Below are positions 14,620 through 27,199 of a stretch of 64,000 bases of DNA, piece by piece. Numbering within the stretch: the stretch's first letter is position 1; every line of letters starts with the position of its first letter. The translations under genes and the position numbers were made by a program. Where the stretch lies: positions 11,656,001 to 11,720,000 of the forward strand of contig CM022673.1 in NCBI GenBank assembly GCA_012295275.1, in the 5' to 3' direction. The DNA is from Chrysomallon squamiferum. Taxonomy: Eukaryota; Animalia; Mollusca. The notes under the pieces were generated by a model that had not been told where the DNA came from, did not search any database, and worked only from the letters and a program-made list of their open reading frames with translations.

Positions 14620-17600
14620 CTTTCATAAACTTTTCAGTTAATATTTTAGAATCCTCATCAAAGTATATCATGCATAAATATAAATGTTTCCTTTCAACAT
14701 CTTTTAGCAGTAAAGATTTTTAAAAAAAAAAAAAACCTCAATAAAGATGTTTTACTTCAGTATATATTTTTGTTCAACATCTTTTTGCAGTTATCGACTC
14801 CAAGAAGAGGGGCATTCTGGGTCACAAAAGAAATAAAACTTGAAGAGAGCATTCTGCCAAAAGATCTACGTATGTGAGAGAGGAGAGCCAATCTCTGACA
14901 GCCGGTGTGAGCCATGAGGTGTATCATTCGACAGACAGCTTAGTTAAGCTCCGGCCACAATGGTAGACAAGTCACCAAACCACGATGACTGTACATTTGT
15001 TTTGTATATAAAAATGATTCAGAGTTTTGCAGATCAAGAACAGCGCTGTGGATTTATGAAAATGGATACAACTCACAAAAATCTGGGAGATGAGTTTCCA
15101 TGAGAGCTCCATTAAGATTGTAAGAAAAAGAATAAATTTAAAATTTATATTAGGATATTAAAATAACAACAACAACAATAATAATAATATTAATAAAATT
15201 AATTTAAAAATTTGGTGAAAATTGGAAAGACCGAAGAAGTGAAATACAGGCCTAAAAGATGTGAAATAAGTAAAAAAAAAAAAAAAAAAAAATATTTTTA
15301 ATGTTTATTTTTATTAAAACAAGATAAAGTAAAACTGCTACCTGCTATTACAAAAGTAGCCAGATGTCTAATAAACACAGCAATGATTGAAAAAAGTGTG
15401 TCAGTGGCTTTCTGTTGAAGAAACAAATTTATACAGATTAACATCTACTGGATTACAACTGAAGGAATAAGAACTGGTCAACTTTTATAGCCGTCTATTA
15501 ATTCGTTTCAAAATGGAATTCAGATTTGGAGTATTCTTGTATACTCTGTTGTTGTTCAATGGGAAAAGTCTGGCAGTTGGAATACTGGGATCCATAGCTG
15601 ACAGAGAAGAAAACTGTATTCTTAGTTTTGTTGTTCCAAGGGATAAAATAAAAAGCTCATGTGATATGGATAGGAGAGTGAAGCAGCATTTGAATTCGAT
15701 GGAAATCAAACTACACATGTACAAACAGCAAGTGATCGACCTACAGAATCAGCTGGAGAAGGAAAGAATGGTGAATTTCAACAAGTTCCAGGCACTGGAA
15801 GAGAAAATCAGTGCTTTCAATGCAAAAGAAAATTATCACATCTTAGAAGAGAAGTTAGAAAATCTTGAAACTAAATTACAAGAAGAACCTGGTTTGATGA
15901 TCAACACAAGAAGCAGTAAAGGTAAGACAGTAAGTCATAAAGAACTGAGCAAAGACAGTGATTATCGTAAAAACATGGTGGAGGTTATCACACCTGTTGT
16001 GAGGGCTGAGGTGGAGAAATATTTAGAGAACTTTACACAGGAATTTGACAACACCATTAGAAATGATGCAAGTTATTATGATTTCATGAACATGATACCA
16101 CGAAATGACCAACAATATTCTGGCTCAAATTCAGATGATGAGTCAAGGAAAAATGGTTTTCCAGAGACAGAAGCAAGAAGCAAATCAGATAAACTGTGGA
16201 ATGATTTTGACAAAATCCGCAAAAATACAAATACTGCTGGCAATGACATAGCAACCAAAGTTCGAATAATAGTGAAAAAATACAACTCAACAAAAACAAC
16301 AAACATTTTACCAACTGCAAACAAAACTAATGAAAATTATACCATTATTAATACCACTCCAGTGATAGAAAATATCACTGTGTTTGACAATGACAATTTC
16401 ACAGTAAATGAGAATGCTTCAGAAGTGTATTCAACTGAAGATGACTTTATCAGTCCTGTAGAAGGAGGAGAAACCACTTCAGTTGTTACAAATAACACAG
16501 ACAACACAACAAAGGTCAACTTTACGCAAGCTCCCAAAAGCTCAGTTCCTAAAAGTGAAGATTCTGAACAACAGGAACAACAAGAACAATATTTTGACAA
16601 CATGGAACAACAGGATCAGTCAGTTGAGAACTCAATCAACACAGATCTCTTCACACAGGAGATTGAGAAACTGGTGAGAGATGAAGTGACAAAGATGCTT
16701 CATGCACAACTGGATGAAGTGGAGAGTCTGATGAAAAAACAGCAGATCTGGGTGGATGGTGTAGTGGATGGCCAGGACAAAGAACTGAAGACTCTGGCGG
16801 AAAGTCATTCCACTGACATCAAGGAAGTTGAGAACAAATTTGATGGGCTGCACCTGGAAATATCATCCATTACTCAGAGCATGCAAGAGTACTTTTTCAT
16901 GGCTGAAAAGCTGCAAGATGTGCAAAATATGGTGGATGAAATAAAGACTAACCTGAGTTCATCACCAGTAATAAATAGTAACTATGTGGAACAGAAAATT
17001 GATGAACACAGTAAGATGATTAGAAAACTGGAACAACTCCATAGGATATTTCAGCAGACTGTTCAACACTACCGTAATGAAAGTAAAAATGGATATTCTG
17101 AAATAAAAGATAAGCTTTCAGCGGTATCGAACCAGTTTAAAGTAGCAAATGAAAGGATATTTCGAAATATCACTACAAACTTTGGCCAGAAGCTTCAAGA
17201 CTACAAATCAAAGATTGAAAGACAGATAGAAGTAATAAACTCTACACTTCGTATCCTAGACAACAATTATGTCATCTTGAACCTTGACCATAATGACCTA
17301 GAAAGACGTATGAAGAGCAGGACCAACAAACTGACACAAGATGTCGAATGGCTCAAATCAAAAATCGACAGGTTGCAGCAACAAAATTCAAGATGGAAGC
17401 AGATACACAAAAATCTCGCAGACGACAATCACAACCTGCAGGTGAAAAACAATGAAACATTACAGGTACTTAAGAACATTCAGTTAGAGCTGAAGCTGAG
17501 TGCTAGTGATACATGGGTGGACTATAATTTTGTGTATGATACATCACAGACTGAGTGTTTTGGCAAACAGTACATAAAGAAAACAACCTATAAACACAGT

Positions 17601-20600
17601 AGTATAGTGGGTGTGGTGCTGTGTACTAAAACACGATACAAGATTTTCCTCGCACGCAACCTGGATGATAAATTCTTGAATATTGGAGATTCTAACGGAC
17701 TGGGAGAAGATCACTGTGAATTTATTGGAGCAGTGATAACCAATGGAATACATGTCAGCCGGCCAGCAATGTCCATGCAAAGCGTTCAAGGTAAATTACT
17801 GAATGTTTCAAATTCACAAACAATTATATTAAAACAGTAGTAGTATCAAAAACCATTTAAGTATTATTGTTAATCTATGACACAGATAATTCTATACTAA
17901 TCAATACTGTTACTAATGAATCAATAGAAACACCATAAATATTTTGTAATTATATCAATTAAAAACAAATACAGTTAATGTAATGACATCAAAAGTTTAT
18001 AATAATATATATTAGTATGTATAATACACTTGATAGAATAACTTATTTAAATATAAACAAATAAATATGAAGAACAAAAAAAGACATTAAAAATATATAA
18101 AAATAATAAATAAAAATGTTTAAGTTAATGAGTCATAAATTATCTGTATGTATTTTGCAATGTTATAAGTGACTGTCTTGCTGCATTTGTAAAATAACCT
18201 TAACTAATAATAAAGAATGACATGAATATACCTATTTAGCAGCAATTTCTGAAGGCCTTTATTTCCCTTTCATTTTCTTCTAGCTGAGATGTGTTATTTT
18301 ATATAGAAACATTTATTAAAAAGTCAGCTTAGTAAAATTTTACCAGTGGTTTCTAAAATGATCTCTTTTTTTTTTTCTTATTTATTTATTTATTTACAAG
18401 GTTTTCTACGAGACAACTGGGGAGAGGAACCAAAACTGACACTCCTCAACTTCATGCGACCTTCACCTGCCTGGTATGAGTGTGGAATATCTATACCTTG
18501 AGTATCAGTTCTCAGATAAGATTTTGGCTAACATGAAAAGGTTTACAATGGAGAGGTTGTTCTGTAAACAAAATTTAACAGTTTCAAGCCAATGCAGTGT
18601 TAATTCATAGTGATGTCACACTATTATGCTAACTGTTGATAACTTTTTAAGTTAACTGTTTCAAGTCATAGTGATGTCACACTATTATGCTAACTGTTGA
18701 TAACTTTTTATGTTAACTGTTTCAAGTCATAGTGATGTCACACTATTATGCTAACTGTTGATAACTTTTTATGTTAACTGTTTCAAGTCATAGTGATGTC
18801 ACATTATTATGCTAACTGTTGATAACTTTTTTATAGATTCTTTCAAGAAGGATTTTGCTAATGAAAAAAGTTAACTAAACATAGGATGTCATACTAGTTA
18901 TAAACATGGGCTAAACAATTTCAATTCAATTCAGTGATATTTCTGAACCATGTCATACCATAACTGTACAGTTTATGACTTTTTAAGAATCTGCTGTTTT
19001 CTGGAGTATCCTGGATGCAAAACTTATAAAGATGAGATAAATAATTTCAAAGTTAATACTATAGTATTTCAAAGTGATTACACAATCTTGTGTTGACTAC
19101 AAACCTTTTCTTTTTAATGAAACTACTATCAGTTACTGTGAAAATTATTAACAATGGTTATTTCTATTCAAATTAACACATATGTTTCACAGTAGTGATA
19201 TCATAATACCAAACTAAGATACATTTTTTTTAATGACTGCACAATCATTTACTGTGATATTGTTTCACAGTGGTCTATCATATTAAAGTTATTACAATAA
19301 TACTCTGTAATAGTGATGTCACAAGCATTGTAGTAACTACAGATGCATTTTTAATGAAGGCACTATCTCTTACAGTAAAATATTTTAACACTGATTCACA
19401 ATATTCCATTTAATACAATGTTGCTTCATGGTATTGATGCCACAAGTCTGTGTTAACTTTAGAAACCTTTTTTTTTTTTTTTTTAATGAATCTACAATGA
19501 CTATGAAAATTATTAGCACTGGTTAACCATATTCAGTTTAATACATTATATCTTCTTAGTAATAACCCAATATTATAAACTATAGATATATTTCTGCATG
19601 TTGTTTTTTTCAATGAATCTACAATGATTTACTGTGAAAAATGATTAATTATGGTTAACTGTATTCAACATAATACAGTGTAACTGAGTGTTAGTATAAA
19701 GTGTTAATTTCTGCTCTTAAAAAGTGAATCAACAGTCACCAAGTGTAAGAAATGTTCACAGTTGTTAAGGATATTCAAGGTAATACCATACTGTTTAATA
19801 GTCACAATATATAATTTTTTTTTTTTTTTTTTTTTTTTTTTATCTACAGTGACTTGGTGTGAAAGTAACAATTAAAAATGACAAGTTATTACATTGTTGC
19901 TTCATAGTGACATTATACCATTGTAGCTGTCAATCTCCAGCTGTGTGGTGTAGATGAGTTGTGAAATTATAATTAATATCTTTATCACAATATTACTTCA
20001 TGATAAAGAATATTTTTCATGAATCTACAAAAATATAATTACGTGAAAACTGTGAAATGTGAACATAACAAAAAACTGTGAAATAAAAATAAAAGAAGGA
20101 AAACAAACAACAAATTATATAAAAAAAAAACTCACAGGAGGATATAAAAAACAAAGAAAAAAAGGAATAACATACAAAAATATATATATAATTTGTGAAA
20201 AATTTAGGAAAAAAAAAAAAAAAGTACAAATTAAAAACTACAAAATAACTCCTCCAAAGATCCTCATTTACCACTCTTCTCCAAAGTGTACCTAATAACT
20301 GAGAACTGAAATGGTGCATTTAATTACTGTTATTAATACACCATCTTTGCATCTGCAATCATATGTAAATGAGATAATTTAAGTAGCTTTATCTGTATTC
20401 TGAACCAAATTACCCTTAGATTTTTGTCAGCTCAAGGATAAAATAAGTAAACAGAAGTGAAAGAATTTTGACAACTGGTATTTTTTATTTATTTATCTTT
20501 TTAAAACTCTGAAACAAATTTAAAAGAAAAGGAAAAGAAAAAAAAAAAAAAAGCAGAAGATAACACAAATTTTTTAATTAAAATAAAGAAAAAAGTCAAA

Positions 20601-22694
20601 CAAAAAAAAAAAGATGGAAGAAAAAAAAAAAAAGTAACATTTGAAAAAAAAATAATATGAAACAAATTTAACAGGAAAAAGAAAATCAAAACAGCAAGAA
20701 CTAAACTCCCAAAAAACAAAACTGAAGATAACACAGGAAAAATGTTAATTAAAATAATGAGTAAACAGAAAAAAAAAGAGAGAGAAAGAAATAAATATTT
20801 AAAAAAAAAAAGGTAAGCAATAACTTAGATAATTTTTGCCAACCTGTGTAATGAAACACTTGTAAAGGTGGCTACAGGATCTTGCAAGGTAATGATAACT
20901 ATAAAGCAAGATGTCAAAGTGCCAAGAACGGTAGCGAGTAATTGAACATTCTCTGAGATGGAACATTTGTAGAACGTTCTAGCATGTACTGATCAGTTAC
21001 TTGTGGCTTTCTGTGAAGTGACAGCTTGAGTGTTTACACGACAGAACTGTTAACACTGCTAGATATCAAACAATTTCCAGCCACTGTTTGTATCACACAT
21101 CAGACAGAAATAAAGATTCTGATCCTATCTTTTCTTCTTCTTTATGTTTTTATTTTTGTTTTAGTTTTTTGCTTTACTGAAATACTTTTAGGTTAAAATG
21201 TTTTAATGTCTGAAGGTGTTAATAAGTCTCTCTCTCATTCTTTCTTTTTTCAATTTTTCTCTTTCAATCTAACATCTAGTCATACCATATTACACCCTTT
21301 TTTTTATCTGCACTATAATACATTCTTTTTGCCTGTAAACGACTCTTTGTTTCATACATCTCTTTCTTCCAGTCTCTCTGTCTGTTTGTCTCTCTCTCTC
21401 AAATATCTTCTTTTTCTCTTGAATCTTTCATTTCCTCTTTAACACACACACTTAGCTGCTCCTTTACTTATGCCTTCAATACTCTTAATTTTTCCTTTCT
21501 GTTTATTTTAAAATTAATGAAAAACAACACACAATATTAATAAACTTGAACAACAGATATCTTTAAATTTCTGATGACAATTTAGCTTTTGCTGTGATTC
21601 AGCAGCCATACTGGAATAATTGGTAAAAGAATATTTCAGAAGCTGTGTGTAATAAATATCACTGACAAATCAAGATAAACAAAAACAGTAGAAAATAATT
21701 AAAACTTTAAGAAAAAGGGCAACTGCTGAAGACACAGCTGACTGCTAGTCTGTCATGGTAGAACTGGCTTTATTACAGAAACCCATCTTTATTATGTAAC
21801 ATTACCTATCTTTTCAATATATACTTTAATGTTTTATATTTTTAAATTTTTTATTTTTTATTTATTATTATTATTTTTTATATATAAAAAGAGGAAAAGA
21901 AAACATATTCAAAGAATTTCTGAAGTTAGTGTGGAGCTGTCATATAGTAATAATTAGTTATGATTTATTATGATATTGTTATATTATTTTTGCACATTAA
22001 AAACAGTTATTCAAATTATTATATGTACATGTAATGGGTTAAAAACACTGAAATAATAAATAAATAAATAAATAAATAAATAAAAACTCTGTAAGTTATG
22101 TCACAAACACAGACAAATCCCCTCCATACACATTACAACAAAATGTTTTTTTTTCTTGAAAACAATCAAAGCAATGACATATATCCATTTTATGAAATTA
22201 TTAAAAAGGGTTCTTTTTTAACTTTTTAAAAAATTAAAACATTTATTTTACACTAACAGACATACACCTACACACAAAAACCTACATACATCACTACATC
22301 CACCTACACACATTCACAAAAACAAAAAATGGTAATGGATGCATAATTTCAGAAAAGAGGCTTGGTCATATGTGTTGCATATAAACTTATTTTGACAAAC
22401 TTGAGTATTATTCTTTTTTTTCTTCCAGATACTCCATACATAATGAACTGCAGGTGTATTTTGTTGTTTTAACCTCTAGACTGTGTTGCACATATGCATT
22501 TGTAAAACAAACAGGGAGTGGGTGTCAAACAGTGATGGGTGGTCTGATTAAGACATTTTACTGTGCAGAACTACATAAAAAAAAAAAAAAAAAAAAAAAA
22601 ACCCCAGAAGATGAATAATAAACTTCCAAATTATTTTTGAAATAATTCTTAAAAAAAAAAAAAAAAAATTTTTTAAAGCAATAAAAAAAGCAAG

Positions 22695-22771
<77 letters not shown>

Positions 22772-23567
22772 AAAAAAAATAAAATAAAATAAAACAAAAC
22801 TGCTTTAAATTATATATCTAGGGTTATATTTCAGGAGTGATATATATACTAACAGATTATGGCTTGGAGATCAGGCATCAAACCTTCTCAGTGTCACATA
22901 AAATTATTTTCGCTGCAACCAGTACTCTCTAACAAACTATCAAAATCAGTCACAAGTAATTTCCAGTCTAAATGAAGGTACATATAAAATATTCCATCCT
23001 GCTAATGGTTTACATCATACAGCCTATGAAACAGAATTTATTACTGAACTGTAATTCAATCATTAAACAAAACAAATTGAATTTTTACTTTAGAATCACT
23101 TAGAGAGGCTGATCTCACAACTGACTGCTTGTCAAGTATGTTATTAACAGGTGATCTACATCATTTTTGAATTAAATGTATCAAAATCCACATTTGTGAC
23201 AGCTGTATAAAATGACCTTTAATCATCAGCATTTTCAGAATTTCAGAATTTTTCTTTCTTCAGAACTGTTTATTTGATTTAAAGTAAAGTATTTCCACAA
23301 TAAACATAACTTTAAGGGAAGAGAGATTCAGGGACTGGTACATTATTAATTTGGTTTGCAGGAGAACAACAGAGTCTACTGTGAAATATAAAAGCAAAAT
23401 GCACCAAACAAAGTTTATTTATTTTTGTGGAAAGGAACAAATCCAGTGTAAGCTGCAGGCCCTTTATCTGAAGAGTTTTCCAGACATTTCTGCCTTTGTT
23501 ATGATAAATTAGTGAAGCGTTTTTTTTCAGAATTTATTTATTATTATTATTAACATTATTATTTTTG

Positions 23568-23600
<33 letters not shown>

Positions 23601-26600
23601 TGTTATTATTATTATTATTATTTTATAATGTAAATGATGCTATGAATGGGCAAGATGCAGAAATACTAAGAAAAAGCTGAAATATTTCCTGGAAACCAGG
23701 AAGTTACTTTCATCTTTATTCTAAACACTTTGTTCCTAAATGCACAGGAAATACTCAGCCAAAGTCACACACACCCACTGTGAAGATACAAATAAATGGG
23801 TTTCAAGATAAGCAGTGATATAAGTGTGTAATGATTCTCAAGGACACACGAGTCTCTGAATCAGCTAGTACAAACACAACTGTATATACACACAACTAAA
23901 CATCTGCCATGAAGTTTAAGTCAGAAATGACTAACATAGAGACTGTTTAGCCTTTTTTCCTGCTGCTAAATTTCATCTTCTTTTTTAATCTTTATTTATT
24001 TTTTATTTGTGCTTTTTTTTTTTTTTTTTAATTTCTTTTCTTTATTTTCTTTCTGATTAAATCCAAATGTTCCATTATAGGGCAAGCCCAAGGAATTTTT
24101 TCAGATTATATGGTCAATTTAAAAAATCAAATAAAAATAAATGGTATGGAATAATAGTCATAGACAATAAAACAGATAAAAAATAAAAAGGATGAGTGAT
24201 TGCTCTGGTTACACCTCTTTTCTTAAAACTTCTCATTTTCCATCAGTCTGTCTGACTCATTGAAATCATTTAAAAAAATTTAAATCAACATTGTAATAAC
24301 ATATTTAGTATTATCTGTACCTGTTTTTGTTTATAACGATGAAAACAGCTAGAACATAAACTAATTAATAAATGCACATGATGACTGATGTATCAGCATT
24401 TGATAGCAAGAAGCTTTCTTAACAACTACAATAAATTAAATCAGACAGCTCAGAAAGGATCTCTTGCCAATAGCTGTTTATGAATAATATCATGTATTAA
24501 AGCCATTAGAATCTAGTTACGTCTCAGCACTTACCTTATCAAGAAACCAGCCTGGTCCAAAGCCTGAATTGTTATGTCCAACACGAATCCTCTCCAGACG
24601 CCCAAGCTGAGGACATTCGAGGTTGAATTCATCACATCTGAATTTTTTAATATTGTAATATTTAACAATGTAGTGTATATTGTATTATATACAGTATATT
24701 TAGCATAAGTGCATCACATAAGAATCATGTATTATATTTACCACATGTTTATGTCACATTTATATAATACATTTATCATGTATGTCATATTTATCATATG
24801 CACGTATCACATTTTCAGTATGTGTGTCATATGCTACATCTATCACTTTCATATTACGTATTACATTTCTATCACATGTTACATTTATTACATATCCCAT
24901 ATAATATTTTTATTAGATCAGTCATGTACATTTCACATATGTTCAACAATATATACAAAATATAATTAAAAACATATGTATTAAATAAAGATACAAAGAG
25001 AAATATATAAAATAAATAAATAAAGGAAAACTGACAGATTTAATTTCTGAATGGTTTACTCATTCTTCCTTGATTATCTTTGAGTAAACTACTGTCAAAC
25101 AGTGAGTACAACACACACAAACCCAGAAGAAATTATAAAATAAAATAAAGTAAAAAATAACCCAGAAACACATTTAAAAAAAAAATAATAATAATAAAAT
25201 GAAATAAAAAAAATATTAAAAAATAAAATTATAAAAAAATTTAAAAAAAAGAAGAATAACACTTACTTTCCACGTTGAAAGTTCTTCTTTGATGAATGTA
25301 AAAAGCGTTCACCAGATTCACCATTTTCTCCAAACAATGTTATGTAGACTCTAGCATCAGTCCCAGCACCAGACACATTACCAGTGTACACAGTCACCTT
25401 GTAATTAGTACCTGCACAATTTATTTTAAATTAGTTAAATATATTTATTAATAAACATTACCAGTGTACACGGTACCTTGTAATTAGTACCTGAACAATT
25501 TATTTTATATCAGTTAAATAAATTTATTGATCAACCATGGTTTACAGTCATTTTCTTTTGGAATTATTTCTCACTGCAACCAATGCTTCCTTATTAGTGA
25601 ATCATTAGGTACGTGTTTCTGTTTGTCTGTCTGTTCTGCTTCTTTTAATTATATAATATTTAAATTAATTATATAATATATATAAATTAATTATATAATA
25701 CATTTAAATTAATTATATAATATACTTTTAAATTAATTAAATTCAGTTATTTGAATATACTTCAATCTCCTACTGGTTATTCCTACCCATGGCTCAAAGA
25801 CAATGCATCAAAGACCATATTAAGTGCCTTCTTGCCTTGCTGGAAATTAGTGAAATAGACTAGGATGTCAGAAAGAAATCTTAAACTTGTATCTGTGTGC
25901 CCATACAAAGATCAGAAAGCAAAACCCATGATGTTTCTGTGTGTGTGCAGAGCAATGGCTAGACAGCAGAGTAGTCTGAAGGCTACATTAAGAAGTATTT
26001 ATTTTAATATATGCCAATTGTTATGCAAGTAAAATAATTTAGCCATAAAAGTTAAAAATATTAACAAATTTACCTTTATGAAAAGAAAGAGGATCTCTGC
26101 TGCCAATAAGATCACGACAAATGGCATGATCACCTTCATCCCTTGCCAACCACTGGCCACAAGGAAAGAAATATTTCCATTTTGGATTTTTCAAATCTGT
26201 TACTACAACCTGAAATTAGAAAATGATGAACTTGCAATTCAAGTCTTTTAGTAAATATATATCAAATGAGATTCAGAGATAACATTTCTGGTAGAAATAG
26301 AACAGCTAACAATAAATGCACACAAACCGAAAATAATAAAATAAACAAAGAAGTAATGGTTTAAAATTTTATAAAATTGTTAAACTAATATTAACATTAG
26401 AAAAAAAAAGAACTGAATGAAAAAACATTTACCTAATAAAGTTTAAAATCAAGACTTTAAAATAGAAAATAAAATTTCGAATTCTAGATTATAACTTTTT
26501 TTTAAAGAGTAACAAAATCCATAATTTAAAACAATAGACAATTTTATGAAATAAATAAAAAATTTAAAATTACAAAAATTACAACATTTTAAAAGAATAA

Positions 26601-27150
26601 AAACTAAGATTATAAACTCACCCTTTCGACATACCAGCCAGAAGCAATTCCTGTATTGTCGTGTTCCAGTCGTAACTTAGTCATTGGTCCAACACAATTA
26701 GCGTGAACTACAAAAATATCTGATGAGCCTTTGTTAAATGTTGTCTTGGTATTGTTTCGAAGGTGTATTTTATGTGTCACAGCAGTTTTACCAAACAAGG
26801 TCATAAAGACATTGGCGTTAGTTCCAGCATTGAGTTTATCACCAGTGACAACCACAACTTCATAGTCTGTGAAGATAAAAATAAGCATGAATTAATAATT
26901 TAATATTTATATTATCTTTTGTTGACTAATTTTATCATATTTTCCAAAAAGTAAAATCATTTCATGATAGATTTGAGGTTATTATATGACATTATCATAT
27001 TCATAATACATTTTTTTTTTAAATAATTTAATATTTCAAAAACCTTTATGATTATTGACTAATTATCTTGTATTTTTTCTAAATATTAAAAATGATTTTA
27101 TGATGGATTCAAGATTATTACAAGATACTATCATATTCATATTAAAGCTA

Positions 27151-27199
<49 letters not shown>

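Noticed and set aside
16076-17789. Minus-strand ORFs overlapping the nested gene
   Set aside because: Antisense shadows of a long coding exon, with no PLAT motifs or splice support.
17791-17840. ORF-track C-terminus KLLNVSNSQTIILKQ of the 775-aa ORF
   Set aside because: Intron read-through; splicing at 17790 to 18401 completes the conserved domain (WYECG).
18606-18832. Regularly spaced repeats as a possible CRISPR array
   Set aside because: Units are contiguous and near-identical with no unique spacers; eukaryotic context and no cas genes.
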